Both the position numbers and the translations under genes were made by a program. DNA of 64,000 nt, taken from an uncultured virus (IMG/VR IMGVR_UViG_3300021197_001705). Its lineage: Duplodnaviria > Heunggongvirae > Uroviricota > Caudoviricetes. The notes under the pieces were generated by a model that ran no database searches, was not told the DNA's origin, and saw nothing but the letters and a program-made list of their open reading frames with translations. Positions 54,701-62,559 of the stretch are shown here, piece by piece. The stretch's first letter is position 1. Each line of letters begins with the position of its first letter. The stretch is taken from IMG/VR virus record IMGVR_UViG_3300021197_001705; one strand, 5' to 3'.

Positions 54701-55054
54701 CTTAATATATCCGCTGGCTTGGTTATCTGCATCTTGACCAAGCAACCTTACAAAGGTAACTGGTGAAGTTTCTGATGCTAGCCACGCTTGGGCTGCATAG
54801 GCTCCGTATGTCGCAGATTGGTTATTTCCGTCTCTCCAAACATCATTGTTAGCGGTTCCTTTACCACTAATCGGGTCGCCAAAAACAGCAACAAAGTCTC
54901 TTAAACTTTTAATCTTGGTGGGTTGCATGGCTGGTCCAGCCTTTGCTCTTCCAATAATTAATAAACCGTCATCAGTTACTGGCGCCTCAATAATACTCTC
55001 GTCAATCTCTTCAACAGAAATACCGGGCGATACAAAATCAAATTTTCTAGGCAT
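51740..55054 (-). CDS. Contractile tail sheath protein (gp18-like)
   Basis: FVSPGISVEEID; PWFAPAGFNRG; FGQKTL; DRINVRRL; IKPARAIEFI. Confidence 0.95.
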   Translation of the reverse strand: MPRKFDFVSPGISVEEIDESIIEAPVTDDGLLIIGRAKAGPAMQPTKIKSLRDFVAVFGDPISGKGTANNDVWRDGNNQSATYGAYAAQAWLASETSPVTFVRLLGQDADNQASGYIKAGWNLDGANLTADTGTHATNVTAYGLFIMPSASATVNVTGTLAAVIYATGAAVTLSGTMAGGLKNTINSSATTSSAGCMIESISTGGKGNTFTLEIRDSYTESSVVEKHVFHLDPDQKDNYIRNVLNTNPLKTFATNYGSANAKKYFLGETYEEAVQALVSGSTAGAQYGVILPLVSGSSNMVTHQAAATPAKSGWIINRDPTPQLNSSAFDASQLKKLFRVVSLHDGEWFQANYYVTIEDLKLGTVTNPNSSFTLSVRKTGQNGELVEQFSNCNLDESSDSFVGKKIGDMSQTWNTTNMVFDISGDYMNQSDYIRIEMGDDWKSGIDDSYMLPWGFFGPVRPKGFTMLEGSTGVQALPAAGVDPVDAGVVATGQVVYTSDHPDAGALLIFNHPDGIVYEIESYAGGGHYSAWVANGLKMKWRIDNTVATDHGTYAAQVAVALNALEGYTAGNSTATVTVTAVGPGAHYTWTWSESGDDTNRQAPGVITAGTDTSNLAHVYVKGNNNVIHSGGDAAQFAKMPTIMSASIHFPRLKLTEENTNKASANYKNTDMFGVRHKFASKNEKGVAPKRDYLDLTRFQGGSMDVHTTANATEYSFVFSMDEIARDANGLYYWASGSHTIAIGTQTRAVTAGSGSQQLIDDKVRQFAVPMFGGFDGVDITKADPFSSAVALASKAESTSYAFNSVSRAIDMCNTAESVKYDVISIPGLTNESLTNDLIRMVEERADALAIIDLDDGYLETYENNGTRTGGTLASVKSNADSRDYNTSYAATYFPRVRMRDSLSGNGDMVIAPASVAAIGALAFSDSDTGAPWFAPAGFNRGGLSQLGGSEGPKVIGAFKQLSKSNRDELYQRNINPVARFPAIGETVIFGQKTLQQTKSALDRINVRRLMIFLKKRVGRVAETVLFDQNVQATWSRFKAGADLILRDAQSRLGITEYQLVLDETTTTADLVDQNILYAKVFIKPARAIEFIAIDFIVTRSGIEF

Positions 55055-55113
55055 TAAAAAAATCTCCTTATAATCTTTCTCAAAGTAAATAGTATCTTAT
55101 AACGCTAATGACA

Positions 55114-55947
55114 CTAATCTCTGTAATCGCTGTCTTTATCCTTCCAAGGAATTTTGTCTCCAATAATAACTCTTTCTCTAGAAATTCTTACTTTTGTTCG
55201 ATTTTCTCTGATTGTTACCTTTGGCTTTTCTCTGTTGTCTCCCTCTCCGACCAAATATCCTTGTACTCTAATCTGGACCTTTGTCTCGAACATCCTTTCT
55301 TCCTCTCCTAGGTTATCCAGATTTTTACTTTCACTAAAATCCGGCTGGATGAAGGCTTCATAGCGATAATTGTCGTTTTTAAGCATAAAACTGTTGATAT
55401 TGCCGGTTTTTGTCATAAAAGGCTGAGAAAGTGAGTTCATTTGCTGTTGATATTCAGTTCTAAGGGTAATAGTATACATCACAGCTACATAAACCGGTGC
55501 AGGCATGATAATCTCTTGGTAAACAATGTTAGAACTTGTAACTCTGCCTGTCTCATCTCCATTCTTTGACCCTCTGTTTCTTTTTGTGTTGGCAAAGTTT
55601 CTTGTTTTATCTTGTTTGATCCTTCTTGAGATAGTTATGGCTCCACCTTTGTAATCTGGGTGTTCAAACACGTTAGCTTGAAAGGCGCCTTTAAAAGCAG
55701 GATCTTTAGAGATTGAATCCCTGCTTACCACTATAAGAGGTAGTATCAATTTACCAGCAGAGTCTCTTAGTTCTTTATTGTTTTTGATTTGAAACGCCCT
55801 TTCCGCACCTAACCAAAGAACCTTAGCTTTATTATAGCCATTGTTGGTGTTGGCGTGAAGATTCAATTCTTCATCAATATATTTAAACATCGCTGTATCT
55901 ATAGATTCTATAGACGACGGTTCAAATGGTTCATGTTTAATCGGCAT
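55114..55947 (-). CDS. Tail terminator / neck protein (gp15-like)
   Basis: Position; LILPLIVVSRDSI...PVYVAVMYTI pattern. Confidence 0.65.
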   Translation of the reverse strand: MPIKHEPFEPSSIESIDTAMFKYIDEELNLHANTNNGYNKAKVLWLGAERAFQIKNNKELRDSAGKLILPLIVVSRDSISKDPAFKGAFQANVFEHPDYKGGAITISRRIKQDKTRNFANTKRNRGSKNGDETGRVTSSNIVYQEIIMPAPVYVAVMYTITLRTEYQQQMNSLSQPFMTKTGNINSFMLKNDNYRYEAFIQPDFSESKNLDNLGEEERMFETKVQIRVQGYLVGEGDNREKPKVTIRENRTKVRISRERVIIGDKIPWKDKDSDYRD

Positions 55948-56428
55948 TAAATAATCCATCCCTTGCTCTTATGCAATCTGCTTGTATCTCGAACCTAGAT
56001 TCGGGCTGCCCGAAGAGGAGCTTAGGTTCATTAAGTTTTACAATTTCGTAAAAGATTTCTCCGTATCTAACAAAGTCCCCTTCCCTAACAAACAAGTCTT
56101 GATCTTCGGTCAAGCGTCTTTTGTGAAATTTGACATTTATTTTGGTCAATTTATCAACCCCAATACCGGCCATATAGGCACTTTCTATGCCTTGGTACTC
56201 GATGAGGGCATGAACCCTTATCGGTGGCAAAAAAGTCTTCTCAATCGCCTCTCCGTACAGCGGATGATAGTTTGTGTGATCTATATCAATGGCAAAATAA
56301 AGAACTTGTTGCCCAACGACTCTTTCGATGATTTCGTCGTTGACTTGCTTAACAAGGTCCTTCTCTTTTTTACCAAGAAAGAGTGGTGGGGGTGGTTGAT
56401 CTGGTTTTTTCCATTTGTTATCTGACAT
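55937..56428 (-). CDS. Neck / head-closure protein (gp14-like)
   Basis: GQQVLYF...HPLYGEA...VREGDFV; position. Confidence 0.7.
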   Translation of the reverse strand: MSDNKWKKPDQPPPPLFLGKKEKDLVKQVNDEIIERVVGQQVLYFAIDIDHTNYHPLYGEAIEKTFLPPIRVHALIEYQGIESAYMAGIGVDKLTKINVKFHKRRLTEDQDLFVREGDFVRYGEIFYEIVKLNEPKLLFGQPESRFEIQADCIRARDGLFNAD

Positions 56429-56432
56429 TCAA

Positions 56433-57704
56433 TTAACCTACAAATATCTTTAGTGGAACTTCTGACAAGATAGCTTTAGAATTGTCAGCTACTTCCTTAT
56501 CACTAGCAATAAGCTTAGGATACGTGATTTCATCAAGTTGTGTCTTGAGTTCTTCTCTAAGTTTTTCTTGCTCTGTTTGGGCTTGGGACAACAAGTCTGA
56601 AGCGTTTAAGGTGATATTGTCTCCCGGTATTGGGATCGCTCCACCGAATTTGCCTCTAATTTGCCCAAGAGTTTCCTTAGATAGTGCCAAAGAGAATCGT
56701 CGAATCCACTGTTTTCCGATGGAATTGATGTTTTCATAAGCAATATTTTCAAATGGTAAGGTGTTCATGTTATTAATACCGTCTTGGCCTATATCTTTAT
56801 CATCCGTCCAAGGGTCCTGTGATACGGAGAACCTAAAGAATATTTTCTCTGGTGACTGCGCGGTGGGAGTTGGATATAATAATAAAGTATTATCGACAAT
56901 CTCGTATGAGTAGTGACTGGTTCTGGTGTACAGGTGATCTTCGTATTGCATGGCTTGTATTTTGTTCTGCCATGCAGGGATAACTTGAAACGAAGAATCG
57001 TCAGCATACTGTCCATATGTGCTCATATCACCAGTAACGTTTAAGCCGCCATAATAGCCGAAAAATCGCCACATCTGTCGAGGTGACACGTAGTACACTT
57101 GACGTATAAAAACTCGTTTATTTCCCACTTCTCCGTAGAATGGGGAGTTAGAATCGCCTGTATCAATGGCAGACACAATACTCTGTAGATTATATTCTTG
57201 CTGGTCGGACACTGTATCAAAAGAGGCTGAGTAAATTGGCGTGTTTCCGCCAACTGTAGCTTCTGTGGAAAACGCATCTGATACCCTAAATGCTGTTTCA
57301 AAACTAAACTTAGGATATTTCAATTCGATATTTTTAGTACCACTGTCTGTTCTTTCGCCTTTGTGATTAAAAGAACCAGTGGTAGACCCAAGAGAAGACC
57401 CTAGTATATTTTTTGACTGGTGTAGGTTTACAATATAAGAATATTCTAAGACAGCCTCTTCGTAGTTCGCGAAAACGCTACCAGAGGTCAACTCAATGTC
57501 TAAGACATCTCCGCCAAGTTTCTTATAAGTGTAAGCTACTTGGGCAACTGCCCCAGAGACAAAATTGACGCTAGCTGTGTAATATCCTATGGGACAAGCA
57601 TCAGAAACGTGTGAGTTAGCCGCAGTTGAGCCGTTAAACGAAGCCGTTTCTGGTAAAACAATAGCGCTAGTTGTTGAAGTCGGTGTTAAGGTTGGTAAAG
57701 ACAT
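56433..57704 (-). CDS. Neck / adaptor protein (gp13-like)
   Basis: KKLGGDVLDIEL...WIRRFSLALSKETLGQIRGKF...IPGDNITLNA. Confidence 0.8.
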   Translation of the reverse strand: MSLPTLTPTSTTSAIVLPETASFNGSTAANSHVSDACPIGYYTASVNFVSGAVAQVAYTYKKLGGDVLDIELTSGSVFANYEEAVLEYSYIVNLHQSKNILGSSLGSTTGSFNHKGERTDSGTKNIELKYPKFSFETAFRVSDAFSTEATVGGNTPIYSASFDTVSDQQEYNLQSIVSAIDTGDSNSPFYGEVGNKRVFIRQVYYVSPRQMWRFFGYYGGLNVTGDMSTYGQYADDSSFQVIPAWQNKIQAMQYEDHLYTRTSHYSYEIVDNTLLLYPTPTAQSPEKIFFRFSVSQDPWTDDKDIGQDGINNMNTLPFENIAYENINSIGKQWIRRFSLALSKETLGQIRGKFGGAIPIPGDNITLNASDLLSQAQTEQEKLREELKTQLDEITYPKLIASDKEVADNSKAILSEVPLKIFVG

Positions 57705-57740
57705 TCATGAAACCTCCAATCAATGTAAATAGTCTTATAT

Positions 57741-58187
57741 CTATTGTTTGGCTTCAATGGCTTTGATAATGTTGCTCTTAGTCATAAACGTAGAAACTTT
57801 GACACCATTGGTTTTTGCGAATTCAATCAACTTTTTCTTTGTCATTCTCTTAAAGTTGGTTAATTTTACTGTCTTTTCTTTGACCTCTGGTGTTAGTTGG
57901 GTGGGCTTGATTTGTGGAGCTAGCTGCGTTGTTTTAATCATTGGCACCTGAACTTCAGCCTCTTCTTCAAAATCGATCTCATCGTTTTCCGCCATTGTAT
58001 AAAAGGTTTGTAAAAGATTGTCACAAATAGTTGACACGTTGTTCATCTTTTCGAGCATGACAGAGTTGTCTTCAACAATTTTGCTGACCTTCTGTTCTGG
58101 CATTTCTTCAACTTGTCTTTTGTGATATCTGTTCCACGGCAAAGCTTGGAATTTTCTTCTTACCATCTTTCTTCTTCTATTTCCCAT
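57741..58187 (-). CDS. Hypothetical protein with a C-terminal Rho-N/HeH-like motif
   Basis: FKRMTKKKLIEFAKTNGV...MTKSNIIKAI. Confidence 0.7.
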   Translation of the reverse strand: MGNRRRKMVRRKFQALPWNRYHKRQVEEMPEQKVSKIVEDNSVMLEKMNNVSTICDNLLQTFYTMAENDEIDFEEEAEVQVPMIKTTQLAPQIKPTQLTPEVKEKTVKLTNFKRMTKKKLIEFAKTNGVKVSTFMTKSNIIKAIEAKQ

Positions 58188-58265
58188 TTTTAACTCCTGT
58201 AGTTCGGTATAATTAGTTTAAAATCTGAAAATTGGCCCGAAAATAAATTTTGGAATTTTGGTTTT

Positions 58266-58391
58266 TTACTTTATTTGCTCGGCTACGATCTGAGAGAGTT
58301 CTATAAGTTGTTCTAAAATTAACCTGTTCTTTTCTTGAAGGTCTTTCACTTTTTGTTCCAAGATCGTGATCTTTTGTTCTTGTGCACTCAT
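58266..58391 (-). CDS. Small coiled-coil protein (41 aa, MSAQEQKITILEQKVKDLQE...)
   Basis: Translated by hand; GGAG RBS; late motif at 58415. Confidence 0.6.
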   Translation of the reverse strand: MSAQEQKITILEQKVKDLQEKNRLILEQLIELSQIVAEQIK

Positions 58392-58431
58392 AATAACTCC
58401 GTTGTGTTGTCTGTTAATTAGTTTTTTCAAA

Positions 58432-58460
58432 TAAAAAGCCCCCAATCCGAAGAAAGGGGG
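58432..58460 (-). terminator. Terminator-like hairpin
   Basis: CCCCC...GGGGG plus T-tract. Confidence 0.5.
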
Positions 58461-58491
58461 ACTTGACTTATCGATTAATAAATATTAATTA

Positions 58492-59145
58492 TTATGCGAT
58501 ACTAGCGTCGACTGTGTTCATGCTTCTAACATATGCATGCCACTCTTCAGCAGCACCACCAGCACAGTTAATAAGCTCAATTCTAGATCCGATTAATGCA
58601 TTGGTGAAAGTCAATTGATCATGATCAGCACCACCGACATCAGCAAGAACAGCATCAGAAGCATTACAAAATAAAGTAATGTTATCATTACCATCTTGAC
58701 CACTTGTCTTGATAGTGAATGCCTTATTAACATTTGCAGCAATAATGATATCACACCACCATCCTGTTTCTGTACCAATAGCTGGCAAATTAATGCTTAA
58801 TGCGTTAGTGGGTGTCACATAAATAATACACCCAGAATCAGCAGCAGACAGTGTGAGAGTGTTGTCATCATTACCTGACCCAACAGTCAAAACTCTTCGT
58901 CTCCAACCCATACCAGTTCCGGCAGCCAACGAAGTTGATGTACCAGCGGCTGTTGGCACAACAGCGCCATCATGAATTCTAGCAACTTCAGTTCCATCAA
59001 ATTGTACAATTGCCATATCTGCACCATTTACTGGACATGCTATTGTTGCTGGGCGCAATATAGACCCGACACCAAGATCCAAATCTCTCTTTAAGTTTTC
59101 AATTAATGCCTCGATTCTCGCGAGACCTACTCTTTTTGTTCCCAT
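58492..59145 (-). CDS. Virion structural protein (possible capsid decoration)
   Basis: Directly downstream of the MCP gene; TLSAADSG...LP beta-rich domain. Confidence 0.65.
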   Translation of the reverse strand: MGTKRVGLARIEALIENLKRDLDLGVGSILRPATIACPVNGADMAIVQFDGTEVARIHDGAVVPTAAGTSTSLAAGTGMGWRRRVLTVGSGNDDNTLTLSAADSGCIIYVTPTNALSINLPAIGTETGWWCDIIIAANVNKAFTIKTSGQDGNDNITLFCNASDAVLADVGGADHDQLTFTNALIGSRIELINCAGGAAEEWHAYVRSMNTVDASIA

Positions 59146-59292
59146 GTTAAAAACCCTCCTTTTATAATCATGTTCCTTTATCGTTCTATTTCAGCGATAA
59201 TAGGAGGCAAGTCAAGCTTGCCCGATAACAATGGATGAACGATATTCTCATTCACAGGTAAATAGTCTTTCAGTGCGTCTTTGGACAGCTTT

Positions 59293-59330
59293 AAAAAATA
59301 AACCCCCCGACCAACAAAGGAAGGGGGGTC
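59293..59330 (-). terminator. Rho-independent terminator after the MCP gene
   Basis: ACCCCCC...GGGGGGT plus T-rich tail. Confidence 0.65.
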
Positions 59331-59357
59331 TAGTTTAACCTATAAGGTTTCTATGAT

Positions 59358-61241
59358 TTAGCTAGTTGCACCAGCTTCACCAAGGAGACCACGAACGATA
59401 ACAAGACCGTACATATCAGGACGAACCATCTTCTTAGCGTAACGGGTCATAACACCCTTACGAGGAACGAAGTCCTCTACACCGAAGATAGTTGGTGTGG
59501 TTTGTAGAGGCACGTAAGGCGCATATACATAACCGCTTTCAAGGAAAGAGTTACCACGACGACCGACAAGAACAACATTACGGGGGAAGTAAGGATCAAC
59601 CATAACGTCGAACTTACGGCTCAAAGAACCAGTTTTAACAGCACCGATGTCGCCTTTATCAGCGTCAGCAGTAACGTTAGCACGGAATCCAGCAGTAAAC
59701 TCAAGAATGTTAGCAACTTCAGGAGAACAAACTACGAAGTTAGCTCCACCACGAAGTGTCTTTCTGTGAATTTGAGCAGAAACATCATTGATAGTCTCAA
59801 TAAGGGTTTCATACCATTCGCTAACAGTTCCGGTGAAGTCAGGAGCAGCAGAGCTAGCACCTTGTTCAGCACCAGTAACACGGTTAACGAAAAGACCGGG
59901 AGCGCGAGACCAGTAGAAAGTACCAGCAGTTGCGCCATTAACAAGATCAGCAAGGATCTCGCGATCGATCTCAAGAGCAATTTGCTCTGAAAGGATAGAA
60001 GTCAATTCGACTTCAGCATCAAGGTTATGATAAGCATTCAAGTCTTGACCAAGCTCAGGGGACCATTTAGCTTTAAGCTTCTTGGTTTGAGCGGTGATCG
60101 CGATTGAATCAACCTTAATGTCGATCTCTGGAATATCAGCGCTATTCTCAAGCAACATGGTATAAGTATCAATTGCACCAGCAGTTGATGTATCGCCAGT
60201 TACAGAATCTTTAACAGGATATGTTAGACCTGCTGCAAGGAGATCATCAGCGGCGGCTGAACCATTCCCAGCATGTGCGGTGAGTACCTCATCAGCAGAA
60301 GAACTACCAGAAGTGTCCAAAACAAAGACGAAACGTACTGCTGCGCCAGTGGTTGTCGCTTCTGCGGCACTTACTCTTGTAGTGAGGCGGCGAATATGAC
60401 CGAGATCAGTAATTACAACTGTGAGGTTGCCATTATCTGTCAACATGGACCCTATTGTTCCTGTTGTTCCTGATGATGTCTCTGCTATAATATCGGGAAA
60501 CGAAAAAGCACCAAGATTATCAAAATCTGGATTGGTGAATTGTGCTTCCGCAACATCCAAGACAATTACAGAACTATTACCATCAGTAATAGAAAGGATA
60601 TCAGGATCGTATTGAACTAATTTTTGCATTGCTTCTGTAACGCTTCCATCTAATGTGAAAATAGCTCTGTATTTTCCCTGTGCAACCTGATCCATTTCTA
60701 GAGTAGAAGCCATGGTACCTTTAGGTGATGCATAAGCATAACCAGACATTCCACGAGGACCAGAAAGGTCACGTTTTTCGTCGCCAACAATGTTAACACC
60801 ACTAGCAACTCCAGAAGCAACCTTATCTGTACCATAGATTGATTGCTCGTCGTTGTTGCCAAAGCGTGATGCTTGTGCATCGGCTGTACCACCAAGATCT
60901 CCGCTATATACGAAGTCAAGGAAGAAAATGAGACCACTAGGTAGACTCATTGGTTGAACGCTAACAAGTTCATTAGCGATAAGTCCGGCGAATACACGAC
61001 GAACAATTGGGAATGCGACAGCGGCGAAACCTTCGACGTCACCACCTGTTCCCATTGAAGAAGCTTCACGAAGAAGTTCTTTAGCTTGGTTTTCGAGCAA
61101 TCTAGCCATATTGGCTTTTTGTTGCTCGTTTTTAAGGCCTTCAAGTAAACCAGTTTGATTCCACTTATTCAAAAGGGCTTGCCCTTCTGCTTTCATGTCA
61201 CGGTTTACGATGCCTTCAGTTAATTTCTGAACAATAGACAT
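59358..61241 (-). CDS. gp23: Major capsid protein (T4 gp23 superfamily)
   Basis: LLENQ, PIVRRVF, VSVQPMSLPSGLIF, KLKAKWSPELGQDL, EIDREIL, YAPYVPL, GVMTRY. Confidence 0.96.
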   Translation of the reverse strand: MSIVQKLTEGIVNRDMKAEGQALLNKWNQTGLLEGLKNEQQKANMARLLENQAKELLREASSMGTGGDVEGFAAVAFPIVRRVFAGLIANELVSVQPMSLPSGLIFFLDFVYSGDLGGTADAQASRFGNNDEQSIYGTDKVASGVASGVNIVGDEKRDLSGPRGMSGYAYASPKGTMASTLEMDQVAQGKYRAIFTLDGSVTEAMQKLVQYDPDILSITDGNSSVIVLDVAEAQFTNPDFDNLGAFSFPDIIAETSSGTTGTIGSMLTDNGNLTVVITDLGHIRRLTTRVSAAEATTTGAAVRFVFVLDTSGSSSADEVLTAHAGNGSAAADDLLAAGLTYPVKDSVTGDTSTAGAIDTYTMLLENSADIPEIDIKVDSIAITAQTKKLKAKWSPELGQDLNAYHNLDAEVELTSILSEQIALEIDREILADLVNGATAGTFYWSRAPGLFVNRVTGAEQGASSAAPDFTGTVSEWYETLIETINDVSAQIHRKTLRGGANFVVCSPEVANILEFTAGFRANVTADADKGDIGAVKTGSLSRKFDVMVDPYFPRNVVLVGRRGNSFLESGYVYAPYVPLQTTPTIFGVEDFVPRKGVMTRYAKKMVRPDMYGLVIVRGLLGEAGATS

Positions 61242-61264
61242 TTTAATACCTCCTACAGTATGTT

Positions 61265-62476
61265 CTATTTAATACCAGCCAACTTTCTCATTCGCTCTGA
61301 AAATGAAAGTTCTTGGCTTGGTTTCTTTTTTCGTGGCAGTATGCCTGATAAATTAGATCTACGCTGCACTGACTCGCTCAGTGATTTTGGTCCACTTTTT
61401 TTGGTGGAACCCACTGTCGCCCTAAGAGTCTCTTGCATAGTCTTTGCGTCATCTGGTGTACTTGCCGTAGCGATGGCTTCAACAATCTTTCGTTTTTGTC
61501 GCTCATTCAAGGAGGCATCGCCTAATGTTTGATTGCTATAAAGCAATTTAGCATTTGATAGTAGAGTTTCATTTAGAACCTCTTCCATCTTTTCAATAAT
61601 GTTTTTAAATTCTTTTGTTTGGTTCTGAGACTTATTAAGAGATTCGTCGAGTTCTTCTAATCTTTTTTGCAAAAGCTCGTTCTCTTCTTTATGTGAGTCT
61701 GCTTCCATTCTGGCTAATTCCATTTCTTTGTTATAGCCTAAAGTAGCTTCGCTAGTTTCGAATGTACCGTTTTTGTGTTCTCCGGCCATATCAACAACAA
61801 GCTCTTCTTCTAAAACTTGATCGTCACCAATCTCATTCAATATATTCATGATTTCTTGAAGTGCAAGTTCGTCTTCCTCTGGGCCTTCGGCAGATAGATC
61901 ACCCCCTAAATCGCCAAGGTCTCCTAAGAGGTCTTCTTCGTCACCCAAGGGAGCAGCATCTGCCTCTCCACCAAGGATGTCACCCGTCTCTTCTTGGGTC
62001 TCAGAATCTTCTAAATCTTCGAGGTCCACACTAAACATGGCAGGATCAAACTCGAAAGTCATATTTACGTCCACAGGCTGATCAGGGCTCAAATCAGCAT
62101 AGGCTGATGGTGCTTGGTATGGGCTTGGGGCAGCAGCTTCGGCTCCACCGCCAAGGGCTCCCTCTTCCTCTTGTAGGATATCACCTTCGCTTGACTCTTC
62201 AAGCTCTGATTCCATGACCAGATGTGTTTTATCTTCGCCCACAAGCGCAATTCCTATTTTGCCATTATCATTTTCAGTTGTAACCCTAGCAAACCTACCC
62301 TCATGCCTAACAACATCACCTAGGTTGAAGCTTCTCTGGTCATTTTCCAGAAGTGAATCAACGGCTGCTTTGATTTCGGGGGCATATTTATCAATTATTG
62401 ATTGTTCGGCATTTTTGAGGGCCGCTTCTCTAAGCGCTGCGGCATCAACTATCGCTTGTTCTAACATTGAAGACAT
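61265..62476 (-). CDS. Prohead scaffolding protein (gp22-like position)
   Basis: Acidic coiled-coil protein directly upstream of the MCP gene; ends ERMRKLAGIK. Confidence 0.75.
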   Translation of the reverse strand: MSSMLEQAIVDAAALREAALKNAEQSIIDKYAPEIKAAVDSLLENDQRSFNLGDVVRHEGRFARVTTENDNGKIGIALVGEDKTHLVMESELEESSEGDILQEEEGALGGGAEAAAPSPYQAPSAYADLSPDQPVDVNMTFEFDPAMFSVDLEDLEDSETQEETGDILGGEADAAPLGDEEDLLGDLGDLGGDLSAEGPEEDELALQEIMNILNEIGDDQVLEEELVVDMAGEHKNGTFETSEATLGYNKEMELARMEADSHKEENELLQKRLEELDESLNKSQNQTKEFKNIIEKMEEVLNETLLSNAKLLYSNQTLGDASLNERQKRKIVEAIATASTPDDAKTMQETLRATVGSTKKSGPKSLSESVQRRSNLSGILPRKKKPSQELSFSERMRKLAGIK

Positions 62477-62509
62477 TAAGTTTTCTCCTAATAATACTAT
62501 TATCAAATG

Positions 62510-62517
62510 TAAATAGT
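62510..62517 (-). promoter_or_regulatory. Putative late promoter motif ACTATTTA
   Basis: Upstream of the scaffold-MCP operon. Confidence 0.55.
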
Positions 62518-62559
62518 GTTAATAACAAGAAAAGGACCAGTTTATAACCTACAGGGCTA

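Noticed and set aside
58190..59357. tRNA genes in the larger intergenic gaps
   Set aside because: No T-loop GTTCRA motif within a cloverleaf was found by eye. tRNAscan-SE or ARAGORN would be needed to exclude them fully.
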